A program made the position numbers and the translations under genes. Under the pieces are notes generated by a model. That model searched no databases. It was given only the letters and a program-made list of their open reading frames with translations, and was not told the origin of the DNA. A stretch of 64,000 bases of DNA from Candidatus Bathyarchaeota archaeon. Lineage in GTDB: Archaea > Thermoproteota > Bathyarchaeia > 40CM-2-53-6. The stretch's first letter is position 1. The number at the start of each line of letters is the position of its first letter. The stretch covers positions 1,792,001 through 1,856,000 of the forward strand of contig CAVSBL010000002.1 of the NCBI GenBank assembly GCA_963726255.1. Direction: 5' to 3'. This document shows, one piece after another, positions 18,174-28,799 of the stretch.

Positions 18174-18737
18174 ATGCCAGTCCTACGCCCAGGGCAAATG
18201 TACAAAGAGGTTGTTCTTCGAGACGGCAGGAAGGCTATTCTGAGGGCTCCTGACTGGAATGACCTCGACGACTTCTTGCGTTTGATAAACGAGTTAGTAG
18301 ACGAACACGTCGACATTCTGAGAAGCAAGCATTCCTCACGGACTGAGGAGGCTGAATGGTTAGCGGAGCGGTTGGCCGCTATAGAGATGGGAAACGTAAT
18401 CGCCCTAGTCGCCGAAGTAAACGGAAAGGTCGTAGCGAGTTCAGACGTGGCCCAGAGGACTCCGCAGAACCCGGAACACAGCCACGTGGGAGTCCTAGGC
18501 ATCGTCGTTTTGAAGAATGCTAGGGGAGTTGGGCTCGGGAAAGTGCTGATGGGCTCCCTTCTTCAACTTGCCAAACAAGCGGGTTTGAAAATAATAATCT
18601 TAGACATGTTTGCAACCAACACGGATGCCAGACGCCTCTACGAAAGCGTTGGATTCGTCGAAGTCGGAAAGATACCGAAAGCCATCCACCGAGACGGCAA
18701 ATACATCGACCTCGTCCGATTCGCCATCGAACTCTAA
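18174..18737 (+). CDS. GNAT family N-acetyltransferase
   Basis: 'LGIVV...ARGVGLGK.LM', 'N..ARRLYESVGF...G'. Confidence 0.9.
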   Translation: MPVLRPGQMYKEVVLRDGRKAILRAPDWNDLDDFLRLINELVDEHVDILRSKHSSRTEEAEWLAERLAAIEMGNVIALVAEVNGKVVASSDVAQRTPQNPEHSHVGVLGIVVLKNARGVGLGKVLMGSLLQLAKQAGLKIIILDMFATNTDARRLYESVGFVEVGKIPKAIHRDGKYIDLVRFAIEL

Positions 18738-18747
18738 AACATACATA

Positions 18748-18765
18748 TGGGCCTAATGGTGCGCG
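18748..18765 (-). repeat. Degenerate copy of the GTGTGTG-CGCACCA repeat family
   Basis: Reverse complement CGCGCACCATTAGGCCCA matches the core of the copy at 57265 (GCGCACCATTAGACCCA). Confidence 0.5.
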
Positions 18766-18772
18766 TCGTACT

Positions 18773-19663
18773 ATGAAACCAGCTAAACTATCCCTTACTG
18801 CAAGAATCGCTCGGCCATCTGATTATCGATTAGCCGCTCGCCTTTGTAGACGTGCCACTGGCCCAAGTGATTACGTGCTTTCGATTTTGAAAGCAGCCAT
18901 CGATAATCACGGCCTCTTTCTAGCTTGGAACGAAGGCCAACTTGTTGGAATGACTAATTTCGAAAAATGCATCGACGGAAGCGCCTGGTTGAGCATGGCT
19001 CGCACCGATCCCGAGTGGCGTCGCAGTGGTGTCGCCTTATTCCTCCAAAGGCAAATCGCTGCTCACGCGAAGCAGAGGGGAACTAGAACCCTCAGATTAT
19101 GGGTACTCTCCAAGAACAAACCGTCAATCAGAGCGTGCGTCAAAGGGGGTTTCAAGCCGGTTTGCGAAGCCGCCCACATCTCCTGTAGCATTCGGCGGAA
19201 ACCTTCGAAAACAAGAATCCCCCCAGTCAACGCAAGGTTAGACGCCTTCCCCAGATCTATCTGGAGATCCACATACCTATCCAAAATGAATGGTTACATT
19301 GCTTACAAGCGACATTTCCTTAAAGCGAGCAACGGCCTCCTCAAGCAGTTGCTGCAAGAAGAAGGGCTTTACACCATCGGCACATCTGCGTTCATTCTAA
19401 CTAAACCTGAAAGGAGATTCCATACGCTGACAAGCAGTTTGACGGTTCTGAACGGACCATTAGCCCCCTCGCTACGAACCGCTAGGGAGGTTGCTGGAGG
19501 ACTGGGTGCACGCAGGTTAGGGGCTTACGTCCCATACGACTCATACATGCTAAGAACGGCAAGAGAACTCGGTTTCAAAAGAGACGACTGGGGTAAGCAC
19601 TGCGTAGTCTTTGAGAAGTCGCTTCGAAACACGACCCGAGACCCGCCGCTAGGTGACAAGTGA
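18773..19663 (+). CDS. GNAT family N-acetyltransferase
   Basis: 'AWLSMARTDPEWRRSGVA', 'NKPSIR...KGGF'. Confidence 0.8.
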   Translation: MKPAKLSLTARIARPSDYRLAARLCRRATGPSDYVLSILKAAIDNHGLFLAWNEGQLVGMTNFEKCIDGSAWLSMARTDPEWRRSGVALFLQRQIAAHAKQRGTRTLRLWVLSKNKPSIRACVKGGFKPVCEAAHISCSIRRKPSKTRIPPVNARLDAFPRSIWRSTYLSKMNGYIAYKRHFLKASNGLLKQLLQEEGLYTIGTSAFILTKPERRFHTLTSSLTVLNGPLAPSLRTAREVAGGLGARRLGAYVPYDSYMLRTARELGFKRDDWGKHCVVFEKSLRNTTRDPPLGDK

Positions 19664-20274
19664 CACGAATGCCATCGACCCAGCACGCCCACAAACGTTT
19701 CCCTGAAAGATTGGCCTTCTTACTCAACAATCCAATAAGAAGAGCCACCAGCTCACCTGACGAAATTATTTCTAAACTCAACGTCAGCCACGACAACGTT
19801 GTAATGGATTTCGGCTGTGGCCCAGGCTTCTTCACAATTGCCCTCGCGAAAATCGCAGCCAAAACAATCGCGGTTGACGTATCAGCGGGAATGCTAGAGA
19901 AAACGGCGAACTATGCACGGAAGAATCGAGTTCACGTTGAGTTGTTGAAGAGCGACGGAACCATAATCGACCTGGCAGATGGCAGCGTGGACCTGATCTT
20001 TCTCTCCCATGTCTTCCACGAAGTTGAGGATAAGCCGAAAGTACTGAGTGAGTTCTCTAGAATCTTGAAACCGGCAGGCAGACTAGCGATAGTTGAGAAA
20101 ACTCAGCGTAACGGAAAATTCTCGGGCAGTTTTGGGCCACCTATTATCAAAGCGGGCGACGTCATTGACGAAACGACCCGCGCAGGCTTCAGGCCGATTC
20201 AAAGCATCCCTCACCATAAGGATACAATAATTATTGTTCAGAAGTTGCGAGCGGACGATGACAGTAACCAATAG
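19660..20274 (+). CDS. Class I SAM-dependent methyltransferase
   Basis: 'MDFGCGPGFF', 'VDLIFLSHVFHE', 'RILKPAG'. Confidence 0.88.
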   Translation: MTRMPSTQHAHKRFPERLAFLLNNPIRRATSSPDEIISKLNVSHDNVVMDFGCGPGFFTIALAKIAAKTIAVDVSAGMLEKTANYARKNRVHVELLKSDGTIIDLADGSVDLIFLSHVFHEVEDKPKVLSEFSRILKPAGRLAIVEKTQRNGKFSGSFGPPIIKAGDVIDETTRAGFRPIQSIPHHKDTIIIVQKLRADDDSNQ

Positions 20275-20335
20275 CCGCCGTCACGATCTTAGAATTGGCG
20301 GCCGCGGACGGAAACGGGTAGTCTTGGCTGCACCC

Positions 20336-20803
20336 CTATCTCTCTTTGACTTCGACCATAATTACTCTGTATGAGATGAATAGTTCCAAGGCCTGGTAGG
20401 CTACTCCGCATACCACGAGAAACATTCCCGCAGTGAAAGTGGCGTTGATCATGAGCTGCGTGAAGCTTGTTGGAACGGAGAAGTATCCCAACCCTATTGA
20501 AAACGAAGTGAGGACGAAGAATATGACCGCTAGCAGGTGGCACAGCATCCCATTTCTTACGTACTTCACCCGCGGCAAGAGTAAGCCTAACTGGTTGTCG
20601 ATGTTCTTTTCCCTCAGCTTTTCCGTTTTATCCAGCTTCCTTTGAAGCCGCCTTCTCTCATCGTTCAGCAACCTGATTCTGTTTACGAGGGAACTATGTC
20701 TGGCGTTGAATGTGAGGAGAAGCAAACCTACACCAGTAATCATAACCGCCGGGGCTAGAATTCCCTGAATCGCTTGTATCGTAGTAACAACATCACTAGC
20801 CAA
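20336..20803 (-). CDS. DUF2721-like membrane protein
   Basis: 'ILAPAVMITGVGLLLL...AR....VNRIRLL' plus two further TM helices; TTG start at 20803 assumed. Confidence 0.7.
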   Translation of the reverse strand: MASDVVTTIQAIQGILAPAVMITGVGLLLLTFNARHSSLVNRIRLLNDERRRLQRKLDKTEKLREKNIDNQLGLLLPRVKYVRNGMLCHLLAVIFFVLTSFSIGLGYFSVPTSFTQLMINATFTAGMFLVVCGVAYQALELFISYRVIMVEVKER

Positions 20804-20992
20804 CTTTGACCCTAACCTGGGCTCGACCGCAGTCGTTGTCGTCGCCGTGGTTGCAGTATTATTCGTTGTGGTTATTACGAGGAAACGAAGTCGAGGTTTT
20901 GGTCGATTGCATATACTGACAAACATGCAAGATGATTCCCAACAACTTGAGCTTTCGCACTAAAGACTCACCGATTTGAACCGTAAGCTCAG

Positions 20993-21030
20993 TTTGTGTG
21001 TGTGCGCGCACCAGTGGACCCACACACAAA
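20993..21030 (+). repeat. Palindromic repeat family copy
   Basis: TTTGTGTGTG-TGCGCGCACCAGTGGACC-CACACACAAA with perfect 10-bp inverted ends. Confidence 0.85.
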
Positions 21031-21096
21031 TGAATCGCAAAGTGTAATTCTTAGTATTGTGTGAGATTAAGTTCAGATCCAAGGACATGAAATGAA

Positions 21097-22011
21097 ATGA
21101 AATCGGTACATGTCTTTCTTGTTACAACTGCGCTTCTCCTGTCAATCTCGCTGTTCAGCGCCGCGTTCGCTCAGCCCGCTCAGGTTTCGTACACAGTTAA
21201 CCTGAACTCGTTTAGTCTACAAGTAACCTACCCATCAGAAGTTATGCCCGGGGATACTGTTACCGTGACTGTTCAAGGTAGCCCGAAGAGTAACAGCATT
21301 TACCTACAGAGTCTAAGCGCCACAATCTATTACGCTGACGCGGCCGGCCTCCATCAGCTCGCATCCCAAAACCTCGTCAACAGCTCAGCAAACGCTTACG
21401 GGTATTACGGAGCTTCCACGACGGGAAGTTTCAGCAAGACCTTCACGGTGAACGTACCGCAAAATACACCGAGAACTTCACTCGTGGCAATATTCTCCGA
21501 AGCCGTCCAATCTAACAACTATTACTATTCCGACTACTGGCCATACTATGGCTCGTACTGGTACTACGGAAACCCATTCTTCTACGCCTACTACCCATCC
21601 TACAGCACTGTGACCGACCAAGCAATAGCACCCCTATCCTACATCAAGGCGACTACGCCCGAATACGTGGCTCTTCAGTCTGAATATCAGATGCTTCAGC
21701 AGCAACTCAACCAGACCCAAACTCAGAATCAGCAACTACAAACCACCATTACACAGCAGGGCGCTATGATTAGCCAGCTGAACCAGCAACTAACTTCCGC
21801 AAACACCACTGCGCAGACTTACCAGACGGTCGCGGCAGTCTTCGTCATCATAGCCGTGGCGTTGGCCGCATTCAGCATCTATGAGTTGAGAAGTAAGAGA
21901 AAACTCGCAACGCAGCCCAGCAATAGCGCCGCGACAGTGGCCTCAGCCAGAGCGGCGCCGTCACCTTCACGTCGCCCTCGGACTGGAAGCAAGACAGAGT
22001 CAACGCCGTAG
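21097..22011 (+). CDS. Secreted/membrane-anchored hypothetical protein (Tyr-rich segment, Gln-rich coiled coil)
   Basis: Signal peptide, beta-rich domain, YYYSDYWPYYGSYWYYG segment, Q-rich heptads, C-terminal TM helix. Confidence 0.8.
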   Translation: MKSVHVFLVTTALLLSISLFSAAFAQPAQVSYTVNLNSFSLQVTYPSEVMPGDTVTVTVQGSPKSNSIYLQSLSATIYYADAAGLHQLASQNLVNSSANAYGYYGASTTGSFSKTFTVNVPQNTPRTSLVAIFSEAVQSNNYYYSDYWPYYGSYWYYGNPFFYAYYPSYSTVTDQAIAPLSYIKATTPEYVALQSEYQMLQQQLNQTQTQNQQLQTTITQQGAMISQLNQQLTSANTTAQTYQTVAAVFVIIAVALAAFSIYELRSKRKLATQPSNSAATVASARAAPSPSRRPRTGSKTESTP

Positions 22012-22122
22012 AGAACAAGTTCCTCAAGAATCCCTGACTTGAGCCCTTCTTCAAAACCAAGAGCGACGGATTGAAAAGGCTCCTAACGACGCTAGAACAC
22101 TCGGAGTCTTCTGCTATTGTGA

Positions 22123-22905
22123 TTGATGGTGATCTATGTGCGATTTGAGGGAAGGGTGGCAGTTGTTACGGGCGCTTCGAGAGGAATTGGGAGGACGACC
22201 GCCTTGGCTCTGGCGAGGGAAGGGTGCAACGTGGTCATTGGTTATGAGAAGAATCGAGAGAAGGCACGCGAGGTCGTTCAAGCCGCGAAAGAGTCAGGAG
22301 TGAGGGCCATTGCAGTCGCGTGCGATGTTTCGATCAGAAACGACGTTGAAACTATGTTTAAGACTACCGTGCAAGAGTTCGGAAAGGTCGACATACTTGT
22401 TAACAACGCTGGCATCGACTATGGTATCAAATTATTGGAGACAACTGACGAGGTCTGGGACAGGACGCTGGATGTTAACCTCAAGGGAGTATTCCTCTGT
22501 ACGCAAATTGCGGCTCGTTACATGATCCAGAGAAGATATGGGAAGGTCGTGAACATCGCGTCCAATTCAGGTTTCGGTATTGCGGTGTGGGGAGAGACGG
22601 CTTACGCCGCGTCCAAGGCAGGGGTCATACAGCTGACGAAGACAGCTGCATTTGAACTCGGCGAATATGGTATCAACGTAAACTGCGTGGCGCCAGGAAC
22701 AGTTAACACAGAGATGCTGAAGGGAAACATGACCGATCAAGAGTACGCTCAATTTCTTGACGCGAGGAAGAAGATAACCTCGCTAGGCTTTATCGCTGAA
22801 CCAGACGATGTCGCCAATGTGGTGCTTTTCTTTGCCAGCGACGAATCGCGATTCGTGACCGGAAAAACACTACTGGTCGATGGGGGAAGAAGAGACTTCC
22901 TATGA
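22123..22905 (+). CDS. FabG-like short-chain dehydrogenase/reductase
   Basis: [18 protein letters not shown], '[11 protein letters not shown]'. Confidence 0.92.
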   Translation: MMVIYVRFEGRVAVVTGASRGIGRTTALALAREGCNVVIGYEKNREKAREVVQAAKESGVRAIAVACDVSIRNDVETMFKTTVQEFGKVDILVNNAGIDYGIKLLETTDEVWDRTLDVNLKGVFLCTQIAARYMIQRRYGKVVNIASNSGFGIAVWGETAYAASKAGVIQLTKTAAFELGEYGINVNCVAPGTVNTEMLKGNMTDQEYAQFLDARKKITSLGFIAEPDDVANVVLFFASDESRFVTGKTLLVDGGRRDFL

Positions 22906-22907
22906 CT
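22868..22907 (+). repeat. 40-bp direct repeat, left copy (3' end of SDR gene)
   Basis: CACTACTGGTCGATGGGGGAAGAAGAGACTTCCTATGACT, identical to 44950-44989. Confidence 0.95.
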
Positions 22908-22969
22908 CGAATCATGGATCGAAACAGATCAGCTGGCCTTGTAATTGTTCCGCGTCAGCGGAGATCGAT

Positions 22970-23950
22970 ATGAAACCCAAAGTGTACGTAACGAGGCTCC
23001 TGCCCAAGCCGGCTATGGATAAGATTCATTCATTTTGCGAGGCAGAGGTATGGGAGGGCGAGCTTCCGCCACCGAGAGATACTCTCTTGGAAAAAGTTCG
23101 CGATGTGAAGGGTTTAGTCTCGCTTCTCACGGACAAAGTGGACGCCGAACTCATGAATGGAGCGCCCAACTTGAAAGTCGTTAGCAACTATGCAGTCGGC
23201 TTTGATAACATAGACGTGGCTGAGGCCACAAATCGGGGCATAATAGTCGGAAACACGCCCGGAGTTTTGACGGACACCACAGCAGACTTTGCTTTCACGC
23301 TCATGATGGCGGCCGCCAGAAGAGTGGCAGAGGCCGATAGAACGGTGCGGGCCGGAAAGTGGAAGACTTGGGGGCCAATGGTTCTCTTGGGTCAGGACAT
23401 TCATGGCGCGACGCTCGGTATCCTTGGACTGGGACGCATCGGTCAGGCGGTCGCTCGACGAGCAAAGGGCTTCGACATGAAACTACTATATTATGATGCC
23501 GTCAGACAAAAGCAGAGTGAGGAAGAGCTTGGTATTCAATTTGTGGAATTTGATAGGCTTCTGGCCGATTCGGATTTCATAACAATTCACATAAACCTCA
23601 CGCCGGAAAATTATCACCTCATGGGAGCCAAACAATTCGACAAGATGAAGAAAACGAGTATTCTAGTCAATACCGCGCGAGGCCAAATCGTTGATAACAT
23701 GGCATTGTATGAAGCGCTTCGCGACCGAAAAATAGCGTATGCGGCTCTAGATGTTACTGACCCTGAACCGCTACCAGCCGAACATCCGCTACTCACGCTT
23801 GATAACGTGATAGTTGTCCCTCACATCGCCAGCGCTTCGGTGGCAACAAGGACAAAGATGGCCCTGATGGCCGCCGACAACCTCATAGCAGGTTTAAAGG
23901 GCGAGACTCCTCCTAATCCTGTGAACCCCGAAGCTCTCAAGAAGGCCTAG
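22970..23950 (+). CDS. gyaR: Glyoxylate reductase / D-2-hydroxyacid dehydrogenase
   Basis: 'KPKVYVTR', 'AVGFDNID', 'NTPGVLT.TTAD', GLGRIG, 'NTARG', 'LDV..PEP', 'PHIASA'. Confidence 0.88.
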   Translation: MKPKVYVTRLLPKPAMDKIHSFCEAEVWEGELPPPRDTLLEKVRDVKGLVSLLTDKVDAELMNGAPNLKVVSNYAVGFDNIDVAEATNRGIIVGNTPGVLTDTTADFAFTLMMAAARRVAEADRTVRAGKWKTWGPMVLLGQDIHGATLGILGLGRIGQAVARRAKGFDMKLLYYDAVRQKQSEEELGIQFVEFDRLLADSDFITIHINLTPENYHLMGAKQFDKMKKTSILVNTARGQIVDNMALYEALRDRKIAYAALDVTDPEPLPAEHPLLTLDNVIVVPHIASASVATRTKMALMAADNLIAGLKGETPPNPVNPEALKKA

Positions 23951-24204
23951 TGCCAGACTCTCAATCGCGCTTTGAGAGCTAAGCGATAACTTATCGGAAT
24001 TGCTTCGGTATTCTGACGCAGTAGACCGCAAGAAATCCTAGTGATCTCAGCCTAACTGTAGCTGGTACGTTCCGGTTAGGCTCATCGTCCAAGTTAGATC
24101 TGCGTAGAGTGGAAATCATTTGTGTGGCATGTTTTCACGACTGATATTGAGTAGTTTAATGTTTAGCTGTCTCACCCGTTGCAGGCGTGGCAAGCAGGAG
24201 CGAT

Positions 24205-25563
24205 ATGAAATTGGTTACTGCCCTAAGGTATGTTGACCGAAATCGAGCTGAATACGTTTCACGAACGAAGAAATCCAAGGAGCTGTATGAGCGAGCCTGT
24301 AAAGTTATTCCTGGCGGGATTTCTGCCAACGCAAAAGCGGTTCTTCCTTATTCCATTTTCATGGACAAAGCTAAAGGAAGTAGAGTTACTGACGTGGATG
24401 GGAATGTCTACGTAGACTACTGCATGGGTTATGGCCCGCTTATCCTAGGGCATAGGCATCCAGAGATCCTCAAAGCTGTATATTCACTCTTCGAGGAACA
24501 TGGCACATGGCACTTTGGAACGCCTACTGAAATGGAGCTGAAACTGGCGGAGAAACTGTGCCGTGTGATTCCTAGCGCTGACATGGTGCGATTCACTAAT
24601 TCCGGCAACGAGGCAACTATGATGGCGGCAAGGCTTGCTCGCGCATACACGAAGAGAACGAAGATTGGACGATTTGAAGGCCACTACCACGGGTGGAACG
24701 ACTTCGCAGCCATCAGCTTTAACCCATCCCTCGACAGCGTAGGGGCCAGAGAATCGCCAAATCGGGTAATTCAGTCAGCAGGGCTGACTCCTGGCGCAAT
24801 TGAAGACACAGTAATCTTGCAGTTCAATGACGTCGACATCCTTGAGAAGCAGCTGAAACTACACAAGGACGACTTGGCTGGAATAATAATTGAACCTATC
24901 TCGAAAGCATTCTTGGCAACTGAGCCTGAGTTCATGAAGGTTCTGCGAGAACTAACGGCGCGTTATGGAATCACGCTAATTTTCGACGAAGTCATAACCG
25001 GTATGCGGGTCGGTCTGACGGGAGCGCAAGGATACTACAATGTTAAGGCTGATCTAGTCGCAATGGGAAAAGTGATCTCAGGAGGATTTGCAATGGGTGT
25101 CATTGCGGGTTCTGAAGAAATAATGAAATTGGTATCACCAACCGAGCCGGTTGAGCGTCGAATCTTCCACAGTGGAACATTCAACGGCCACCCTGCAGCC
25201 ATGGTTGCAGGCCTTAAAACCATCGAGATACTTGAAACCACAGACGCATATGAGAGAGCGAATGGCGCTGCCGAAAGACTCAGAAAAGGATTACAAGAGA
25301 TCATCAAGGACAGACGTGTGGATGCTCAAACTTTCGGAGTAGCCTCAACCTTCCACATATTGTTCACAAAAGATGAAGTCAGGTGTCATCGTGATGTGAT
25401 GAAATCCGACATGGATAGACTTCTCGCATACTATTATGGAATGTGCACTAAAGGGTGCTTCGTTCTACCTAGACACGCCTGCTACACCTCAGCCGTTCAT
25501 ACCAACGAAGACGTGGAAAAGACCTTGGCCGCAGCAGATGAAGTGATCAAAGACCTCAGGTAG
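24205..25563 (+). CDS. Class III PLP aminotransferase (HemL/GSA-aminomutase-like)
   Basis: 'DVDGNVYVDY..GYGPLILGH', 'NSGNEA', 'FEGHYHG', 'FDEVITG', 'GKVISGG', 'SGTFNG.P'. Confidence 0.9.
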   Translation: MKLVTALRYVDRNRAEYVSRTKKSKELYERACKVIPGGISANAKAVLPYSIFMDKAKGSRVTDVDGNVYVDYCMGYGPLILGHRHPEILKAVYSLFEEHGTWHFGTPTEMELKLAEKLCRVIPSADMVRFTNSGNEATMMAARLARAYTKRTKIGRFEGHYHGWNDFAAISFNPSLDSVGARESPNRVIQSAGLTPGAIEDTVILQFNDVDILEKQLKLHKDDLAGIIIEPISKAFLATEPEFMKVLRELTARYGITLIFDEVITGMRVGLTGAQGYYNVKADLVAMGKVISGGFAMGVIAGSEEIMKLVSPTEPVERRIFHSGTFNGHPAAMVAGLKTIEILETTDAYERANGAAERLRKGLQEIIKDRRVDAQTFGVASTFHILFTKDEVRCHRDVMKSDMDRLLAYYYGMCTKGCFVLPRHACYTSAVHTNEDVEKTLAAADEVIKDLR

Positions 25564-25582
25564 AGGGAATCAATCAGGATTA

Positions 25583-27304
25583 CTAATATGTAGGAACGCC
25601 GGGGAACATCTCCTCGCTAAGCCTGCGTTCCGGTCCAATCGGCGCATACTCTCTCTTGTCGGTGATCACGTCAACCACCGCTGGTTTACCGCAATCGAAG
25701 GCCACACGGATTGCCTCTCCTAGTTCGCTGGGCCTCTCCACCCGCACGCCATAACATCCAAAACCTTCAGCGATTTTGGCGTAATCGACATCGCCGAAGT
25801 CCGTGCAGCATATCCATGGCGGCTTTTCGTTTTTCCAGTCTTCAAGTTGTGGTCTGGCTTGGGCAAGGCTCGAATTATTGTTGACGAGAACGACAAGCGG
25901 TACATGTGCGTCGTTATACCGTCTGGCCGTCTCAAGCTCCGAAATGCAGTAGGCGAACCCGCCGTCACCTATCATGTTGAGAACTCTCTGATGCTCCTCG
26001 GCTGCAAAGGATGCTCCTATAGCAAGCGGAAAACTCGATCCTAACGTCCCGCCGCTTGAGAGGTATGTTCTCCCAGCGTTCCTTATCTTCAAGAGACGGG
26101 TAGTCCAGCAAATCGTTTGACCCGTGTCACTGACAACAATGTCGGTGGGCCTCAATATTTCGGATATTTCTTTGACAATTCGTTGCGGCTTTATTGGAAC
26201 CGCATCAGAGCCCATCATAGGTTGAATCGTGCTTTCGTACGCCTCTACCGCATCACTAATGACGTGCAAACGCTTTTTCCCATTGGCCTTCGCATCTACG
26301 CTTCTAACCGCCTTCAAGAGACCTTGCAAGGTTGCCTTTGCGTCACCAACAAGAGGCACGTCGGTCTTGTAGACGCGTCCTATCGAAATCGGGTCGATGT
26401 CAAGATGGATAATCCTAGATTTCGTCGGTTCGGGAGCGCTTAACTCTTCGGTCATGTGACGACCCGCTCTTGTTCCTGCAAAAAATACGACGTCCGCTTC
26501 ACGAACGATCTGGTTGGTCACCTCGCGACCGTACGTACCCACCACTCCAATCGAGAGAGGATGGTCTTCCGGGAAGCAACCCTTTCCAGCGTAGTTTGTG
26601 GCGACGGGTATTGCGAGTAATTCTGCCAGTTCCCTTAGCTCGTCGTATGCGCCGGATATGTGTATGCCTGATCCGCATATCACTACGGGATTCTCTGCAC
26701 CGGCTAGGAGCTTTGCGGCGTCTGCAAGCTTGCTGGACTCAGCCCTTGGCCTGAAAGGGGGGGCCCTGCGAAATGCCTCGTGCGTGTAGAATTCAGACAT
26801 TTCAGCTATCTTCTCCACGATGTCATTGTGCATATTGATATGCGTCGGCCCCGGGCATCCACTCACTGCAATCTGTGTGGCAGTCCGTATGTACTCGGGT
26901 AGCCTACTTACGTCGGTGACATCCACGCTGAACTTACATGTACCTTCGAAGAACGGCATCTCGAAGCATTCTTGAAAGCGCCACTGATCTTTTTCTAACG
27001 TCGGAATGGATCCCGTCAGAGCGACCACGGGGCTGTGCGCATACATTGGTTCATACAGAAGTGAAGCAAGGATTGCCGCTGCGGCTCCATGCTGAGCGAA
27101 GCATATTGAAGGACGATTTGTCACACGGGAGTAGCCATCCGCCATGCTACAGGCCCCCATTTCACTTCTGCAAAGAATCGTGTTCACGCCTTCGCCCTGG
27201 ATCGTCGGGAAGAGCTTAGCCATCGCACCTTCTACGTAGAAGAAGTAGTTGACGCCACATTCTCGTATTGCATGCGCGACTGCCTGTTCTCCACTCAACT
27301 TCAA
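25583..27304 (-). CDS. Thiamine diphosphate-dependent enzyme (acetolactate synthase-like family)
   Basis: 'RSEMGACSMADGYSR', 'GPTHI', ThDP motif 'GDGGF...NN'. Confidence 0.9.
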   Translation of the reverse strand: MKLSGEQAVAHAIRECGVNYFFYVEGAMAKLFPTIQGEGVNTILCRSEMGACSMADGYSRVTNRPSICFAQHGAAAAILASLLYEPMYAHSPVVALTGSIPTLEKDQWRFQECFEMPFFEGTCKFSVDVTDVSRLPEYIRTATQIAVSGCPGPTHINMHNDIVEKIAEMSEFYTHEAFRRAPPFRPRAESSKLADAAKLLAGAENPVVICGSGIHISGAYDELRELAELLAIPVATNYAGKGCFPEDHPLSIGVVGTYGREVTNQIVREADVVFFAGTRAGRHMTEELSAPEPTKSRIIHLDIDPISIGRVYKTDVPLVGDAKATLQGLLKAVRSVDAKANGKKRLHVISDAVEAYESTIQPMMGSDAVPIKPQRIVKEISEILRPTDIVVSDTGQTICWTTRLLKIRNAGRTYLSSGGTLGSSFPLAIGASFAAEEHQRVLNMIGDGGFAYCISELETARRYNDAHVPLVVLVNNNSSLAQARPQLEDWKNEKPPWICCTDFGDVDYAKIAEGFGCYGVRVERPSELGEAIRVAFDCGKPAVVDVITDKREYAPIGPERRLSEEMFPGVPTY

Positions 27305-27386
27305 CTAATCTAGCGCCGCTGAGGAAGTATCGTTTCACAGAAAAATAGTTTCTTTCAACGGCCTTTCCAAGTGTTCGTTTTTACGT

Positions 27387-28520
27387 GTGACCTGTGTAAG
27401 TAGATGTCAGGTGTCGGAATTGGGTGGACCTGGATATTTGCAGAAGGCGCGTGCGCGCGACCTTGGGATCCCTTTTGAAGGAAGAACGGGTTTGCTGAAT
27501 GCGATCACCGATGTGGTCGGTGTCGAAGTGGGCCATACCACTCTCATCTCGGGCGATGGACCGCTCAAGATGGGTGAAGGTCCTGTGAGGACCGGTGTTA
27601 CGGTAGTATTGCCGCGAGGCAAGGAATCGGACGACCCGACTTTTGCAGGTTGGTTCTCTTTGAATGGTTGTGGGGAGATGACCGGAACCACTTGGATTGA
27701 AGAATCAGGGTTCTTGGAGGGACCGATTGTGATTACGAATACCCACAGTGTCGGAACTGTACGAGACGCGGTTGTCGCATGGCAACTGAAACACTTTCAA
27801 AAAGGAGTGAACCCCTTCTTTCTACCGGTCGTCGCCGAAACCTATGACGGTTACCTGAACGATATCAACGGATTTCACGTAAAGGAAAATCACGTGTTTG
27901 AAGCTCTGGACGGAGCCATGTCTGGACCCGTGGCAGAGGGAAATGTTGGAGGGGGGACGGGCATGGTCTGCTATGAGTTCAAGGGTGGCATTGGGACAGC
28001 ATCGAGGAAGTTGGACGATAGGGCTGGCGGCTTCATTGTGGGCGTCTTGGCACAGTGCAATTACGGTGGTAGAGGTCAGCTGCGAATTGCAGGGGTTCCC
28101 GTGGGTCTTGAGATTCCTGAGAACACCATTCATGTCGAAAACAGCGGATCGATAATAATTGTCATCGCGACTGACGCGCCGTTGCTTCCACACCAATTGA
28201 AACGATTGGCTAGGCGAGCTTCAATGGGAATCGCAAGGAATGGCAGCATCTCAAGAAATAGCTCGGGAGACCTATTCATCGCCTTCTCCACTGCAAACCC
28301 TAGATGCACGAAATCGCTGGAAAGTACTGATGTCACCATGCTTCCTAATGAACGACTAAATCCCATGTTCGAAGCATGCATTCAGGCAGTGGAGGAAAGC
28401 GTGATTAATGCACTCGTTGCAGCAGAGACAATGACAGGAATTGATGGCCGCACGGTGATCGCAATACCGCACGACCGTCTAAGACAGGTCATGAAGAAAT
28501 ATAGTCGACTGATGAACTGA
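27387..28520 (+). CDS. DmpA/P1 family (D-/beta-) aminopeptidase
   Basis: 'RARDLGI', 'NAITDV.GVEVGH.T', 'PVVAETYDG.LND', 'EGNVGGGTGM', autocleavage G|SIII, 'SGDLFIAFST'. Start may be TTG 27438. Confidence 0.92.
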   Translation: MTCVSRCQVSELGGPGYLQKARARDLGIPFEGRTGLLNAITDVVGVEVGHTTLISGDGPLKMGEGPVRTGVTVVLPRGKESDDPTFAGWFSLNGCGEMTGTTWIEESGFLEGPIVITNTHSVGTVRDAVVAWQLKHFQKGVNPFFLPVVAETYDGYLNDINGFHVKENHVFEALDGAMSGPVAEGNVGGGTGMVCYEFKGGIGTASRKLDDRAGGFIVGVLAQCNYGGRGQLRIAGVPVGLEIPENTIHVENSGSIIIVIATDAPLLPHQLKRLARRASMGIARNGSISRNSSGDLFIAFSTANPRCTKSLESTDVTMLPNERLNPMFEACIQAVEESVINALVAAETMTGIDGRTVIAIPHDRLRQVMKKYSRLMN

Positions 28521-28799
28521 GTGGGAATTAGAACAATCTGAGACTTCAATTTCAGGGCAACGATGGTTTTTCAGCAAGTCCGGCAACTATCATCGTGCCG
28601 TCTCGCTTTGAAAGGTCCCTGAGTACTTGCGTAGTCGAACCACTTGGGATTTTTTCAGCTACACTCTCAAGCTCTCTTCGAGTTCAGCAATTATAGCTTG
28701 TTGAGAACTTTCTGGAATCAATTATTGACCTACAATATCCATCAGATTTGCTTATATGGCTGTAAAGTCGTCCTCCGCGTGAAATCGTGAGATGCTCGA

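Noticed and set aside
23950-24090. Intergenic hairpins (CTCTCAA/TTGAGAG; AGCCTAAC/GTTAGGCT) as ncRNA or MITE
   Set aside because: Single-copy short stems consistent with terminators or chance; no second copy in the window.
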